Source of the DNA: Lutispora sp. | GTDB lineage: Bacteria > Bacillota > Clostridia > Lutisporales > Lutisporaceae | Reading direction: 5' to 3' | Assembly (NCBI RefSeq): GCF_041687175.1 | Contig: NZ_JAWLCK010000001.1 | Location: 35,982-99,981, forward strand | DNA: 64,000 nt | Shown here: one piece after another, positions 28,888 to 38,791 of the stretch | How positions within the stretch are numbered: position 1 is the first letter of the stretch | Layout: every line of letters starts with the position of its first letter | The notes under the pieces: generated by a model | The model's database searches: none | Told to the model about the DNA's origin: nothing | Seen by the model: only the letters and a program-made list of their open reading frames with translations | Position numbers and translations under genes: made by a program

Positions 28888-29745
28888 CTAGAGGATATCT
28901 TCCGGCTTCTCCAAGGTAATGAAACCAATTCTACCGCTTCTGAAATCATCCAATATCAATGCAGCCGTTCTATTGGTATCAACCTCATCACCAGGAAGAA
29001 TGCAACCTCTTTTCCTCCCTATTTTATTCATTATGATCTCTACATCTGAGTCTGGATCAAGTTCAACATTATATCTTTTATATAATTTATCGGGGAAATC
29101 CTTTAAAGCCTTTAATATGAATTTTTTAGACAATTCTTGTATATCAAGTATTTCATCCTTAATTGCTCCCGTAAACGCGAGATTTAGTCCTACATTTTCA
29201 TCATCAAATTTAGGCCATAATATACCTGGGGTGTCTAGCAGTTCAAAATCTTCGTTGACCCTAATCCATTGCTTTGATTTTGTTACACCCGGCCTATCCC
29301 CTGTTTGTGCAATGCTTCTGTTGGCAAGTTTATTAATAAGTGTAGATTTTCCTACATTAGGTATTCCTATTACTAAGGCTCTTATGGTCTTGTGCCTTAA
29401 TCCTTTCTTTTTTAGCTTGTCTATCTCTTCCTTCATTAATTTCTTACTCTCTTTAAGTATATCCTTCAAGCCTGTGCCCTTTGCTGCATTTGCCAGTATT
29501 GGTGTAATACCTTTTTGTTCAAAGTATTTTTTCCATTCAATATTTGCCTGTGGATCAGCAATATCACTTTTATTCAAAACCACTATTCTTTTTTTGTTTC
29601 CTACTATTTCATCCACATCTGGGTTTCTGCTGCTGATAGGGATTCTTGCATCTAATAACTCAATGACGATATCAACCAGCTTCAATTCTTCTGTTATCTT
29701 TCTCCTTGCTTTGGCCATATGGCCTGGATACCATTGTATGTTCAT
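28888..29745 (-). CDS. rbgA: Ribosome biogenesis GTPase A (YlqF/RbgA), circularly permuted GTPase
   Basis: [16 protein letters not shown]4 before G1 (LNKSDI ... [14 protein letters not shown]), [10 protein letters not shown]. Start at ATG 29745 with GGAGAGTG SD. Confidence 0.95.
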   Translation of the reverse strand: MNIQWYPGHMAKARRKITEELKLVDIVIELLDARIPISSRNPDVDEIVGNKKRIVVLNKSDIADPQANIEWKKYFEQKGITPILANAAKGTGLKDILKESKKLMKEEIDKLKKKGLRHKTIRALVIGIPNVGKSTLINKLANRSIAQTGDRPGVTKSKQWIRVNEDFELLDTPGILWPKFDDENVGLNLAFTGAIKDEILDIQELSKKFILKALKDFPDKLYKRYNVELDPDSDVEIIMNKIGRKRGCILPGDEVDTNRTAALILDDFRSGRIGFITLEKPEDIL

Positions 29746-29782
29746 AAATATCACTCTCCAAGAGTATTATATACTATTTATT

Positions 29783-29813
29783 AAAGAAAGGGCTGATATA
29801 AATATCAGCCCCC
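29783..29813 (-). terminator. Rho-independent terminator after rplS
   Basis: Minus strand GGGGGCTGATAT-tt-ATATCAGCCC followed by TTTCTTTAATAAA. It lies between rplS and rbgA. Confidence 0.75.
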
Positions 29814-29864
29814 ATCCTTTCATAATATAAAGGAAGACATTATCACTTCCTTTACATCATATTC

Positions 29865-30206
29865 CTATAAAACTTCTTTAATTTTAGCAGCCTTACCTGT
29901 TCTTTGTCTCATATAGTTAAGCTTAGCTCTTCTAACTTTACCTTTTCTAACAACTTCAATTCTATCAATTCTAGGCGAATGAATCGGGAAAGTTCTTTCA
30001 ACGCCTACTCCGTAAGCTACTCTTCTAACTGTGAAGTTCTCTGTCAAGCCACCGCCTTGCCTTTTAAGTACAAAGCCTTCAAAAGCCTGTAATCTCTCAC
30101 GAGAACCTTCTACAACCTTAACAAACACTCTAACAGTGTCACCAACATTAAAGTCAGGGATATCCTTTTTCATTTGTTCGCTCTCAATCATTCTAATCAG
30201 ATCCAT
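29865..30206 (-). CDS. rplS: 50S ribosomal protein L19
   Basis: [60 protein letters not shown]...[13 protein letters not shown]. Start at ATG 30206 (GGAAGGAGGG SD). The ORF-track extension to 30302 covers the 5' leader. Confidence 0.96.
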   Translation of the reverse strand: MDLIRMIESEQMKKDIPDFNVGDTVRVFVKVVEGSRERLQAFEGFVLKRQGGGLTENFTVRRVAYGVGVERTFPIHSPRIDRIEVVRKGKVRRAKLNYMRQRTGKAAKIKEVL

Positions 30207-30273
30207 GTTGTCCCTCCTTCCCTCATAGACGTTCATATCTTTAAGACAGCGGACCGCCCGTTTTAACATTGAA

Positions 30274-30302
30274 ATTATATCATATGAATATGTTATATGC
30301 AA
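30274..30302 (-). promoter_or_regulatory. Sigma-A type promoter for rplS with a ~65-nt leader (possible L19 leader)
   Basis: Minus strand TTGCAT-17 nt-TATAAT. The downstream leader TTCAATGTTAAAACGGGCGGTCCGCTGTCTTAAAGATATGAACGTC... precedes the GGAAGGAGGG SD. Firmicutes carry an L19 autoregulatory leader at this position, but I did not verify the structure. Confidence 0.55.
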
Positions 30303-30320
30303 TAAAAATGAAAATTTATT

Positions 30321-31052
30321 TTATTCAAAAATTATTTTGCTTAAAATCTCCTGTTCCTCTTTTGTCAGTGTAGCTTTTTTTATAAGATCAGGTCTTTTTA
30401 TATATGTTTCTTTTATTGATTGATATTTTCTCCATTTTTCTATGTTCTCATGATGTCCTGAAAGCAAAACTTCCGGAACCTTCATACCCCTGAACTCTAC
30501 AGGTCGGGTATATTGCGGATATTCCAACAATCCATCGCTGAAGGTCTCAATATTATGTGAGTCTTCTTCTTTTAATACCCCAGGCAATAACCTTGCAGTA
30601 GCATCAACCACTGCCATTGCTGCAATTTCTCCACCAGTAAGCACATAGTCCCCGATAGATATCTCTTCATCTACAAGAGTATCTACCACTCTTTGGTCTA
30701 TGCCTTCATAGTGTCCACATATTATGATGATATTATTATACTGTAGAAGCTCTTTAGCTTTGCTTTGAGTAAATGTCTGTCCTTTTGGACTCATTAGAAG
30801 TACATGAGCTTTATCATCAAGACCTTCACTTATTTTCTCAACTGCTGAGAATATAGGCTGGCATTGCAGAACCATACCAAGTCCGCCACCATAGGGGTAG
30901 TCATCTACTCTTCTGTGCTTATCTACGGAATAGTCCCTCAGATTGTGAAAATTCAATTTTAATGCTCCCTTATTTCTTGCTCTGCCTATTATGCTGACTC
31001 CTAAAACAGCTTCAAACATCTCAGGAAATAGGGTAATAATATCAAATCTCAT
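30321..31052 (-). CDS. trmD: tRNA (guanine37-N1)-methyltransferase TrmD
   Basis: [13 protein letters not shown]....[47 protein letters not shown]. Confidence 0.97.
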   Translation of the reverse strand: MRFDIITLFPEMFEAVLGVSIIGRARNKGALKLNFHNLRDYSVDKHRRVDDYPYGGGLGMVLQCQPIFSAVEKISEGLDDKAHVLLMSPKGQTFTQSKAKELLQYNNIIIICGHYEGIDQRVVDTLVDEEISIGDYVLTGGEIAAMAVVDATARLLPGVLKEEDSHNIETFSDGLLEYPQYTRPVEFRGMKVPEVLLSGHHENIEKWRKYQSIKETYIKRPDLIKKATLTKEEQEILSKIIFE

Positions 31053-31556
31053 CTATACCAAACCTTCCGGTAATTCAACAATGATTTCTTCATTATCTAT
31101 ATCAATTTTCTTAAACACACTTTTTAAGCCTGGTATTAAAATTTCTCTATCATCTGATTTTACAACAAATACATCATTGCTCCCGGTTCGAAGCACATCT
31201 TTTACCTTTCCTAAAATCTCACCAGATTCTGTCCTTACTTCGATACCTATTAAATCACAGATTAAATAGGTATCCTTCGGAAGCTTAACAGTATCCTTCC
31301 TATGAACCTTAATATACTTATTTCTCAGCTTCTCAGCAGAATTAACATCATCAATACCAATGAACTTGATGATAACCATATTCTTTATATATTTTACACC
31401 GGCAACATGAAGAACCTTCAATTCATTATCTTCTTCAACATATACATGATTCACTTGATCAAATCTGTTTATATCATCAGTTAAGGGGTATACTTTTACT
31501 TCCCCTTTTATGCCATGAGTATTTACGATCTGACCAATGCTGATGTATTCCAACAT
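31053..31556 (-). CDS. rimM: 16S rRNA processing protein RimM
   Basis: IGQIVNTHGIKGEVKVYPLTDD..RF and a C-terminal PRC barrel (LIGIEVRTESGEILGKVKDVLRTGSNDVFVVK...EILIP). Abuts trmD. Confidence 0.94.
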   Translation of the reverse strand: MLEYISIGQIVNTHGIKGEVKVYPLTDDINRFDQVNHVYVEEDNELKVLHVAGVKYIKNMVIIKFIGIDDVNSAEKLRNKYIKVHRKDTVKLPKDTYLICDLIGIEVRTESGEILGKVKDVLRTGSNDVFVVKSDDREILIPGLKSVFKKIDIDNEEIIVELPEGLV

Positions 31557-31576
31557 ATTCTCACCTATAATAGACT

Positions 31577-31611
31577 ATAATATGGAGGTTGCTATCAAGC
31601 CTCCATATTAT
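31577..31611 (-). other. 12-bp stem-loop spanning the ylqC stop codon, upstream of rimM
   Basis: Minus strand ATAATATGGAGG-cttgatagcaa-CCTCCATATTAT, followed by the weakly U-rich AGTCTATTAT. A possible partial terminator or processing site within the rpsP-rplS string. Confidence 0.4.
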
Positions 31612-31850
31612 AGTATTTCCACTATGACTTTCTTATCCGTTTTGGCAGCTGCTGATTTTACAACAGTTCTTATAGCTTTCGCTATTCTGCCTTGTTTTCC
31701 AATTACTTTTCCCATATCTTCAGGAGCAACAGTTAACTCTATGATGATTGATTTGTCTCCTTCAATCTCTTTAACCCTAACTTCTTCAGGTTTATCAACT
31801 AGAGCTTTTGCAATGACTTCAATCAAATCTTTCAAACTCAACACTCCCAA
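31608..31850 (-). CDS. ylqC: KH-domain RNA-binding protein (YlqC/UPF0109)
   Basis: LIEVIAKALVDKPEEVRVKEIEGDKSIIIELTVAPEDMGKVIGKQGRIAKAIRTVV. Sits between rpsP and rimM as in Bacillus. Confidence 0.92.
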   Translation of the reverse strand: MGVLSLKDLIEVIAKALVDKPEEVRVKEIEGDKSIIIELTVAPEDMGKVIGKQGRIAKAIRTVVKSAAAKTDKKVIVEIL

Positions 31851-31856
31851 TAGATT

Positions 31857-32102
31857 CTATTCTATTATTCCCGTCTTCTTCAGTAATGATTTAACAGTAT
31901 CTGAAGGCTGTGCTCCAGTAGCCAACCATTTCTTTGCTTTTTCAGCATCAATCTTAATTACTGATGGTTCTGTTATAGGATTATAGTAACCTATTTCCTC
32001 AATAAACTTACCATCTCTTGGGGATCTTGAATCAGCAACTACAACCCTGTAGAAAGGTGCTTTCTTTGCTCCCATTCTTCTTAGTCTTATTTTAACTGCC
32101 AT
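31857..32102 (-). CDS. rpsP: 30S ribosomal protein S16
   Basis: [42 protein letters not shown]. Confidence 0.97.
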   Translation of the reverse strand: MAVKIRLRRMGAKKAPFYRVVVADSRSPRDGKFIEEIGYYNPITEPSVIKIDAEKAKKWLATGAQPSDTVKSLLKKTGIIE

Positions 32103-32138
32103 TATTTCACCTCCTTCTAAAATTATTGAAACTTAAAA

Positions 32139-33479
32139 CTATCTAAAGAAAGGCAGTTTCATTTTTCCTTTCTTAATACCTTTTTCCATATCAGCAAATT
32201 GCTTCATCATTTTTCTTGTCTGTTCAAAATTCTTAATGACTTTGTTAACATCCTGAATTTTTGTACCGCTTCCCATGGCTATTCTCTTTCTTCTGCTCCC
32301 ATTCAATATAGAAGGATCAAGTCTTTCTTTTCTGGTCATAGATTTAATTATTGCCTCAACCTTTATAAGCTCTTTATCATCTACTTCCATACCTTTTAAC
32401 TTGCTGGCATTCATGCCAGGTATCATATCCATTATCTGGCTTAAGGGTCCCATTTTCTTCATTTGCTGAAGCTGATCAAGAAAGTCCTCGAAAGTGAATT
32501 GCTGAGTTCTGATTTTCTTTTCCAGTTCCCTTGCTTTTTTCTCATCTATGGTAGATTGGGCTTTTTCTATAAGGCTTAACACATCGCCCATTCCCAATAT
32601 TCTGGAAGCCATTCTGTCAGGATGAAAGGGCTCCAGATCCGACATCTTTTCGCCCATTCCTGCAAATTTAATTGGTTTTCCTGTCACAGCTTTTATGGAT
32701 AAAGCTGCTCCACCTCTAGTGTCCCCATCCAGCTTTGTAAGTATTATGCCGTCAAGCCCAAGTTTTTCGTTAAAGCTTTGAGCTACATTTACCGCATCCT
32801 GACCCGTCATTGAATCAACAACTAACATTATCTCTGTAGGCCTTATGTTTTCCTTAATTTCTATAAGTTCTTCCATAAGTTCTTCATCTATATGGAGTCT
32901 TCCTGCTGTATCAACTATTAATACATCATTGCCTGACTTTGATGCATGTTCAATTGCTGCTTTGCAAATATCAACAGGTTTTGCCTTATCACCGATGGAG
33001 AAAACATCAACATCTACCTGACCCGCTACTACACTAAGCTGCTTAATAGCTGCAGGTCTGTAAATATCACAGGCTACAAGCAGTGGTTTTTTGCCTTGTT
33101 TTTTGAGATTTAAGGCCAACTTCCCACATGTGGTAGTTTTACCGGCACCTTGTAATCCTGTCATCATAATTATCGTAGGAGCTTTCGGTGAAAAAACTAT
33201 CTTGCTCTGAGTACTGCCCATGAGTTGGGTAAGCTCATCATTAACTATCTTAATAACCTGTTGTCCAGGAGTCAGACTTTCCATAACTTCATGGCCTACT
33301 GCCCTTTCGGTTACTCTTGCTATAAAATCCTTTACAACCTTGAAGTTAACATCAGCTTCCAATAGAGCCATTTTAACTTCTCTCATTGCCTCTTTAACAT
33401 CTTTTTCATTTAATTTGCCGCTACCCTTGAGTTTTTTCAAGGTTTCCTGCAGCTTATTAGCTAAACCTTCAAAAGCCAT
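32139..33479 (-). CDS. ffh: Signal recognition particle protein Ffh
   Basis: MAFEGLANKLQETLKKL, G domain GLQGAGKTTTCGKLA / DTAGRL / TKLDGDTRGGAALS, and a Met-rich M domain. Start at ATG 33479; the ORF-track start at 33515 overlaps ylxM. Confidence 0.97.
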   Translation of the reverse strand: MAFEGLANKLQETLKKLKGSGKLNEKDVKEAMREVKMALLEADVNFKVVKDFIARVTERAVGHEVMESLTPGQQVIKIVNDELTQLMGSTQSKIVFSPKAPTIIMMTGLQGAGKTTTCGKLALNLKKQGKKPLLVACDIYRPAAIKQLSVVAGQVDVDVFSIGDKAKPVDICKAAIEHASKSGNDVLIVDTAGRLHIDEELMEELIEIKENIRPTEIMLVVDSMTGQDAVNVAQSFNEKLGLDGIILTKLDGDTRGGAALSIKAVTGKPIKFAGMGEKMSDLEPFHPDRMASRILGMGDVLSLIEKAQSTIDEKKARELEKKIRTQQFTFEDFLDQLQQMKKMGPLSQIMDMIPGMNASKLKGMEVDDKELIKVEAIIKSMTRKERLDPSILNGSRRKRIAMGSGTKIQDVNKVIKNFEQTRKMMKQFADMEKGIKKGKMKLPFFR

Positions 33480-33498
33480 TAAATCTCCTCCCGGATAC

Positions 33499-33855
33499 TT
33501 ATTCAAGCTTCTCAATAAAATTTTTGATGCTCTTAATCTTATTTTTTACTTCTGATATATTATCATGATCTCCAGTTAATATCTCGTTCAACATATTGGT
33601 TATCTTAGATAGTATGGATTTATGCTGAAGAAATTTATCCACTAATCCTAATCTGGTTTCATATTCAATCAAAGTTGTCTCTGCTCGCTTAAGGGTATCG
33701 TATACTCCTTGTCTGCTGATTCCTATTTGTTCAGATATTTCACTCAAAGACAGATCGTCAGTATAGTACATCTCCATAATATCTCTTTGCTTTTCAGTCA
33801 ATAATTGACCATAAAAATCATACAGTAATGTTTTTTGTACTATATCTTCTATCAT
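33499..33855 (-). CDS. ylxM: Putative DNA-binding protein YlxM (UPF0122, sigma-70 region 4-like HTH)
   Basis: LLYDFYGQLLTEKQRDIMEMYYTDDLSLSEISEQIGISRQGVYDTLKRAE. Start at ATG 33855 (GGGGTG SD 6 nt upstream), consistent with the promoter at 33905..33933. Confidence 0.9.
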   Translation of the reverse strand: MIEDIVQKTLLYDFYGQLLTEKQRDIMEMYYTDDLSLSEISEQIGISRQGVYDTLKRAETTLIEYETRLGLVDKFLQHKSILSKITNMLNEILTGDHDNISEVKNKIKSIKNFIEKLE

Positions 33856-33904
33856 AGCATACACCCCAAAATACCTATGTAAAGTTATTAACATTTAAAT
33901 TGGT

Positions 33905-33933
33905 ATTTTAAATGAAATAACGACTCTTGTCAA
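33905..33933 (-). promoter_or_regulatory. Near-consensus sigma-A promoter for ylxM-ffh
   Basis: Minus strand TTGACA-17 nt-TAAAAT, located 6 nt after the ftsY stop and about 45 nt upstream of the ylxM ATG at 33855. Confidence 0.65.
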
Positions 33934-33938
33934 CAAAA

Positions 33939-35084
33939 TTATTCAGAGAATAACGCATTTACAAAATCTACTGCATTGAATTCCTGTAAATCATCTATTT
34001 TCTCTCCAACACCTACAAGTCTAACTGGAATATTTAGTTCTGACTTAATTGCAATTACTATGCCTCCTTTTGCGGTTCCATCCAGTTTAGTCAGTACTAT
34101 CCCAGTAATGTCGGCTGCCTCTTTAAACACCTTCGCTTGTATAATAGCATTTTGTCCAGTAGTAGCGTCCAACACCAGATATACTTCTCTGTTGGCTTCC
34201 GGATACTCCCTGTCAATAACCCTGAATATCTTCTTCAATTCTTCCATCAGATTCTTTTTGTTGTGCAGTCTTCCTGCGGTGTCACATATGACAACATCTG
34301 TCTTTCTTGATTTTGCTGCACTTATAGCATCATAGATAATAGCCGCCGGATCTGAACCCTCCTGATGCTTTATTATATCAACACCGACTCTATTGCTCCA
34401 TATCTCCAGCTGTTCTATTGCAGCAGCTCTGAAAGTATCAGCAGCAGCAATCAACACTTTTTTACCCGCTTTCTTGTATCTATTTGCTATCTTACCAACA
34501 GAAGTGGTTTTTCCTACTCCATTGACTCCTATAACCACAATTATCTGAGGATATTCATTTTTTGGCGGTTCAACATTCTCAGACATGAGTGCTAAAATCT
34601 CATCTTTTAGTAAGTCTATAACAGCTTTAGGATCACTTACTTTCTCTTCCTTTACTTTTTTTCTTACTCCATCAAGGAGCCTCATAGTGGTTTCAACACC
34701 CACATCTGAAGTTATCAATATTTCTTCCAATTCTTCAAATAAATCTTCATCTATTGATTTGAAGCTGCTTATCACTGAGTTTAGTCTGTCTGTAATGTTT
34801 TTTCTGGTTTTAAATAAACCATCCTTTAATTTTTTAAAGAAGGATCCTTTGTTTTCTGTCTCTTCAGCCTCTTCTTCAGCCTCGGTTTTCGGTTCTTCTT
34901 CCTTCTCTTCTGATATTTCCTGATCTTCCTGATCCATCTCTTCAATAATTAGCTTTTCAATTTCCTCATCGCTTAAATATTCTTCATCTTCCTGAGCATC
35001 TGGCTCCTTAACATTATCTTCAGCAAGCTTTTCTTCCTTTACATCCTTATTTTTTTTAAATAGTCTTTTAAAAAAATCTGACAT
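33939..35084 (-). CDS. ftsY: Signal recognition particle receptor FtsY
   Basis: Acidic N-terminal A domain, then the NG domain (GVNGVGKTTSVGKIA, DTAGRLHNK, TKLDGTAKGG). Confidence 0.96.
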   Translation of the reverse strand: MSDFFKRLFKKNKDVKEEKLAEDNVKEPDAQEDEEYLSDEEIEKLIIEEMDQEDQEISEEKEEEPKTEAEEEAEETENKGSFFKKLKDGLFKTRKNITDRLNSVISSFKSIDEDLFEELEEILITSDVGVETTMRLLDGVRKKVKEEKVSDPKAVIDLLKDEILALMSENVEPPKNEYPQIIVVIGVNGVGKTTSVGKIANRYKKAGKKVLIAAADTFRAAAIEQLEIWSNRVGVDIIKHQEGSDPAAIIYDAISAAKSRKTDVVICDTAGRLHNKKNLMEELKKIFRVIDREYPEANREVYLVLDATTGQNAIIQAKVFKEAADITGIVLTKLDGTAKGGIVIAIKSELNIPVRLVGVGEKIDDLQEFNAVDFVNALFSE

Positions 35085-35104
35085 TATTAATCCTCCTACA
35101 TTAT

Positions 35105-38100
35105 TTAACTAACCTTATCTTCAAGTTTAACGGACAACAGTTTGGAAGTTCCTGTGTCATCCATGGTCACACCGTATAAGCAATCCGCCGCTTCCATACT
35201 TCCCTTTCTATGGGTTATTATTATAAACTGTGTCAAAAACTCCTCCAGAAACATTGCATATCTATCTACATTTGCATCATCCAGCGCTGAATCTATTTCG
35301 TCTAAAACACAAAATGGAGCTGGTTTCATCTTTAATATTGCGAACAAAAGAGCTATTGCTGTCAATGCTCTTTCGCCGCCAGATAGCAGCATTAAGTTCT
35401 GAAGCTTTTTGTTTGGGGGCTTTGCAATTATCTCAATGTCTGAATTTAGAACATCATCACTATCAGTTAAAACCACCTGGGCCTTTCCACCGCCAAACAA
35501 TTTAATAAACACTTCATTGAAATTAATATTGATTTTATTAAACTCTTCGATAAACTGTCTTTTCATATACTTGGTTATCTCATCTATCACTTTTATTAAT
35601 GACTCTTTAGCCTTTATCAGATCTTCCATCTGTTTTCTAAGAAATTCATATCTTTGGTTTAATTTCTCATACTCTTCAACCGCATTAACATTGATAGTAC
35701 CCAAATCCCTTATTTCCTCTTTCAATTCCTCGCATCTTTTTGATGCTTTGCTTAAGTTAAAATCTTCCATCCTAATCTCCAGGGCTTTCCTATAACTCAT
35801 TTCGTAAGTATCCAGCAGCTTAAACTCCAAATTCTCAATTTCCATTTCTACCTTAACTTTTACCATATCAGTTTTATGCATATTACTTTGTATATTGCTC
35901 AGTTCTTGCTGCAATTGCTTTATTTTTTCTTCCAGGTCCTCAAAATACTTTGATTTATTAATTCTACATTCTTCAAGAGATTCAAGTTCTTTTTGTCTAT
36001 CTAAGTGTTTTCCGATTATTGCTTCTATGTCCCTTTTATTTTCATTCTTTTTTTCATTGATTGCTATTATTTCATTTTTACAATCATTTATTTCATCAAC
36101 TATTTTTTCAATCCTTATATTAATTTCTTGAATATCTGAATTGCTTCTCTCTATATTTTGCTTCAAAGACAAAATCTGTTGTTTTATTTCAGCCTCTTTT
36201 ATTTTTAGTGAAGTTATTAGATTATAAAAATCCTTACTTTGCTCTTTTTTCGCTTTCAGCTCCTCCTGCAGCAATACTATATCTTTCTCAATAATATCTA
36301 TTTCCTCTTTATGTTGTTCCAATTCCTGCTCTAAGATATCTATTTTTGTTATTGTCTCATCCTTTTGTGATGATAATTCCTGTAATTCCTTATTGTTTAT
36401 AGATATTTTGCTTTTTATGATATCCAAATCGTTATTTAGTATAATTAACCTGTTCTTCTTATTGTTTATCTCAATTTCTAGGCTATGAAGACTCTCAGTG
36501 CAATGATTTATTTCGTTTTCACATATATCAAGCTCATCCTTGTGTATCTCAATACTTTTCCCTAATCTGTCCAATTCTTTTAGAGTTCGGGAGTAATCTG
36601 TTTTAAGTTCAGCAATTTGACTTTTTCTGGTTATTATGTTGGAAGCGTGAGAACCTAAGCTTCCTCCTGTTATGGCACCGCCAGGACTTAACAATTCTCC
36701 TTCTAGCGTGACAATCCTATATGTATAGTTGGATGCTTTTGCTAGTTTTATTGCAGTATTCATATTATCTACTATAATAATCCTGCCTAATAGATGATAT
36801 ATTATGTTTTTATACTCCTTTTCATAACTCACCATATCAGCAGCAATCCCTACTACTCCGGGCATTTCAAGGTATTTCTTTTCATTGTGACTAAAGCTTT
36901 TTGCCTTGATTGAGCTGATAGGGAGAAATGTAGCCCTGCCTAGTTTATTCTTCTTCAAAAATTCAATAAGCAATTTTGCATCTTCTTCATCATCTGTAAT
37001 TATATTTTGAACCGATGAACCCAATGCAACTTCAATGGCAGTAGCATAATGAGAATCTACTGATATTATCTCACCTACTGCTCCACGAAAACCTGATATA
37101 TTCTTTTTTATATCCTGATACTTCATGAGTATTGTCTTTACTGTTTTATTATAGCCTCCATAATCTCTTTCCATCTCCTCAAGGAGCTTTAATCTTGATA
37201 TAACATTATCCTTTCTTGACCTGGTTTCAATAAGCCGCTCTTGGAGCTCCTTCAGTAATTCCAGTGTCTCTTCCCTTTTATTTGCCAATTCTTTTCTCTT
37301 ATCTATAAGCTTTACAGTATTGCTTTCAATCTCCTGTATCTCCGAGTTGTTCTTCTCCAGCAAAGATGTTTTATCTTCATATTGTCCCAAAAGAAGCGCA
37401 TTATCAATATTTAGCTGATTAACTCTATTGTCAACACTTGTTTTTATTGATATAAGGCTATTTATGCTGTTTTTTCTATCTGAGCATTTGTTAAGCAGAT
37501 TTATGTGTTCTCCTTTAACTTCCTCAATCTTATTCTCTAATTCATCTATTGAGGAAAACTTAGATTTATACTCCTCTTCCTTGGAACCTATTTCCTGCAA
37601 TAATTCATTAATCTGCTGTTCATATGATTCAATTAGTCTGTTGTCATTTTCTATAGCAGCATGCAAATCAACCTTTTGCAGCTTAAGATTATCTTCTTCT
37701 TTATTCAGCTTGTCCATATTAGCATTGACAAAAGATTCTTTTTCTTCAAGTAGCCTTGCCTCACCCTCTAATTTTTCTTTTTGATTCATAAGATTATGAA
37801 TTTCTTCACTGGTACTTTGAATTTTTGACTCTAACTCTTTGATAAAGGATTTATATTCATCTTTATCATGATTATACCTCTCTATCTCTGATTCTTTATC
37901 TGCTTGGAGCTTATTCAGTTCTTCCATTTTGCTTATTATGTCACTAAGCTTTTCCTTATTTTTTTCAATGTTATTGATTATAAGATTTACTTCCTGTACT
38001 TTAAGTTCTTCCATAAGTTTTATATACTTCTTAGCCATCTCGGCTTGATGACTTAAAGGAACTAATTGGTTATTTATTTCATTTATTATATCTTCTATTC

Positions 38101-38668
38101 TTTCGATATTTTTTTCTGTATGTTCAAGCTTTTTTTCTGATTCAGCCTTCCTATGCTTATATTTTGTTATGCCTGCTGCTTCTTCAAATATAATTCTTCT
38201 TCCGTCCGACTTGTTATTTAAAATATCGTCTATTCTTCCTTGTCCAATAATGGAGTACCCCTCTTTACCTATGCCTGTGTCCATAAGCATTTCAACAATA
38301 TCTTTCAGTCTGCACTGGGTTTTATTGATATAGTATTCGCTCTCACCTGAACGATACATCCTTCTGGTTATACTGATTTCATTAAAGGCTACGTCTATTG
38401 CTTTATCTGAATTGTCTAGCACAAGGGTAACCTCTGCAAAACCAGAGGCTTTTTTCTTATCACTACCTGCAAAAATAACATCCTCCATCTTATTGCCCCT
38501 GAGAGCTTTTACACTCTGTTCTCCGATTACCCATCTGATAGCATCTGCTATATTGCTTTTGCCACTTCCATTAGGCCCTACAATAGCATTGATACCCCTG
38601 GTAAAATTAATATGAGTTTTATCTGAGAAAGATTTAAAACCTATAATCTCTAACTCTTTGAGATACAT
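35105..38668 (-). CDS. smc: Chromosome partition protein Smc
   Basis: MYLKELEIIGFKSF......F..GINAIVGPNGSGKSNI (Walker A), long coiled coils, a hinge (GVVGIAADMV...), signature LSGGERALTAIALLFA and Walker B FCVLDEIDSALD. Start at ATG 38668 (AGGAG SD). Confidence 0.97.
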   Translation of the reverse strand: MYLKELEIIGFKSFSDKTHINFTRGINAIVGPNGSGKSNIADAIRWVIGEQSVKALRGNKMEDVIFAGSDKKKASGFAEVTLVLDNSDKAIDVAFNEISITRRMYRSGESEYYINKTQCRLKDIVEMLMDTGIGKEGYSIIGQGRIDDILNNKSDGRRIIFEEAAGITKYKHRKAESEKKLEHTEKNIERIEDIINEINNQLVPLSHQAEMAKKYIKLMEELKVQEVNLIINNIEKNKEKLSDIISKMEELNKLQADKESEIERYNHDKDEYKSFIKELESKIQSTSEEIHNLMNQKEKLEGEARLLEEKESFVNANMDKLNKEEDNLKLQKVDLHAAIENDNRLIESYEQQINELLQEIGSKEEEYKSKFSSIDELENKIEEVKGEHINLLNKCSDRKNSINSLISIKTSVDNRVNQLNIDNALLLGQYEDKTSLLEKNNSEIQEIESNTVKLIDKRKELANKREETLELLKELQERLIETRSRKDNVISRLKLLEEMERDYGGYNKTVKTILMKYQDIKKNISGFRGAVGEIISVDSHYATAIEVALGSSVQNIITDDEEDAKLLIEFLKKNKLGRATFLPISSIKAKSFSHNEKKYLEMPGVVGIAADMVSYEKEYKNIIYHLLGRIIIVDNMNTAIKLAKASNYTYRIVTLEGELLSPGGAITGGSLGSHASNIITRKSQIAELKTDYSRTLKELDRLGKSIEIHKDELDICENEINHCTESLHSLEIEINNKKNRLIILNNDLDIIKSKISINNKELQELSSQKDETITKIDILEQELEQHKEEIDIIEKDIVLLQEELKAKKEQSKDFYNLITSLKIKEAEIKQQILSLKQNIERSNSDIQEINIRIEKIVDEINDCKNEIIAINEKKNENKRDIEAIIGKHLDRQKELESLEECRINKSKYFEDLEEKIKQLQQELSNIQSNMHKTDMVKVKVEMEIENLEFKLLDTYEMSYRKALEIRMEDFNLSKASKRCEELKEEIRDLGTINVNAVEEYEKLNQRYEFLRKQMEDLIKAKESLIKVIDEITKYMKRQFIEEFNKININFNEVFIKLFGGGKAQVVLTDSDDVLNSDIEIIAKPPNKKLQNLMLLSGGERALTAIALLFAILKMKPAPFCVLDEIDSALDDANVDRYAMFLEEFLTQFIIITHRKGSMEAADCLYGVTMDDTGTSKLLSVKLEDKVS

Positions 38669-38712
38669 ATAAACACTCCTATAATATGTAAATTCATCCA
38701 TGCAATATTTTA

Positions 38713-38721
38713 ATTCTAACA
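38713..38721 (-). promoter_or_regulatory. Candidate extended -10 element upstream of smc
   Basis: Minus strand TGTTAGAAT (TGn + TAGAAT) between the spoVS terminator and the smc SD. The -35 is poor (TTTTCA). Confidence 0.4.
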
Positions 38722-38724
38722 TAT

Positions 38725-38780
38725 GTTTAAAAAGTTGAAAAGCTAAAGCCTGTCGCTTTTATACAACAGGCTTTAGCTTT
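38725..38780 (-). terminator. Rho-independent terminator after spoVS
   Basis: Minus strand AAAGCTAAAGCCTGT-tgtataaaagcg-ACAGGCTTTAGCTTT, followed by TCAACTTTTT. 15-bp stem. Confidence 0.8.
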
Positions 38781-38791
38781 GATATTTATAT

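Noticed and set aside
28919-29830. A 303-aa plus-strand ORF spanning the whole of rbgA in antisense.
   Set aside because: The product is low-complexity and S/L/F/I-rich with no motifs. It exactly mirrors a well-supported GTPase gene, so it is a typical shadow ORF produced by codon bias of the opposite strand.
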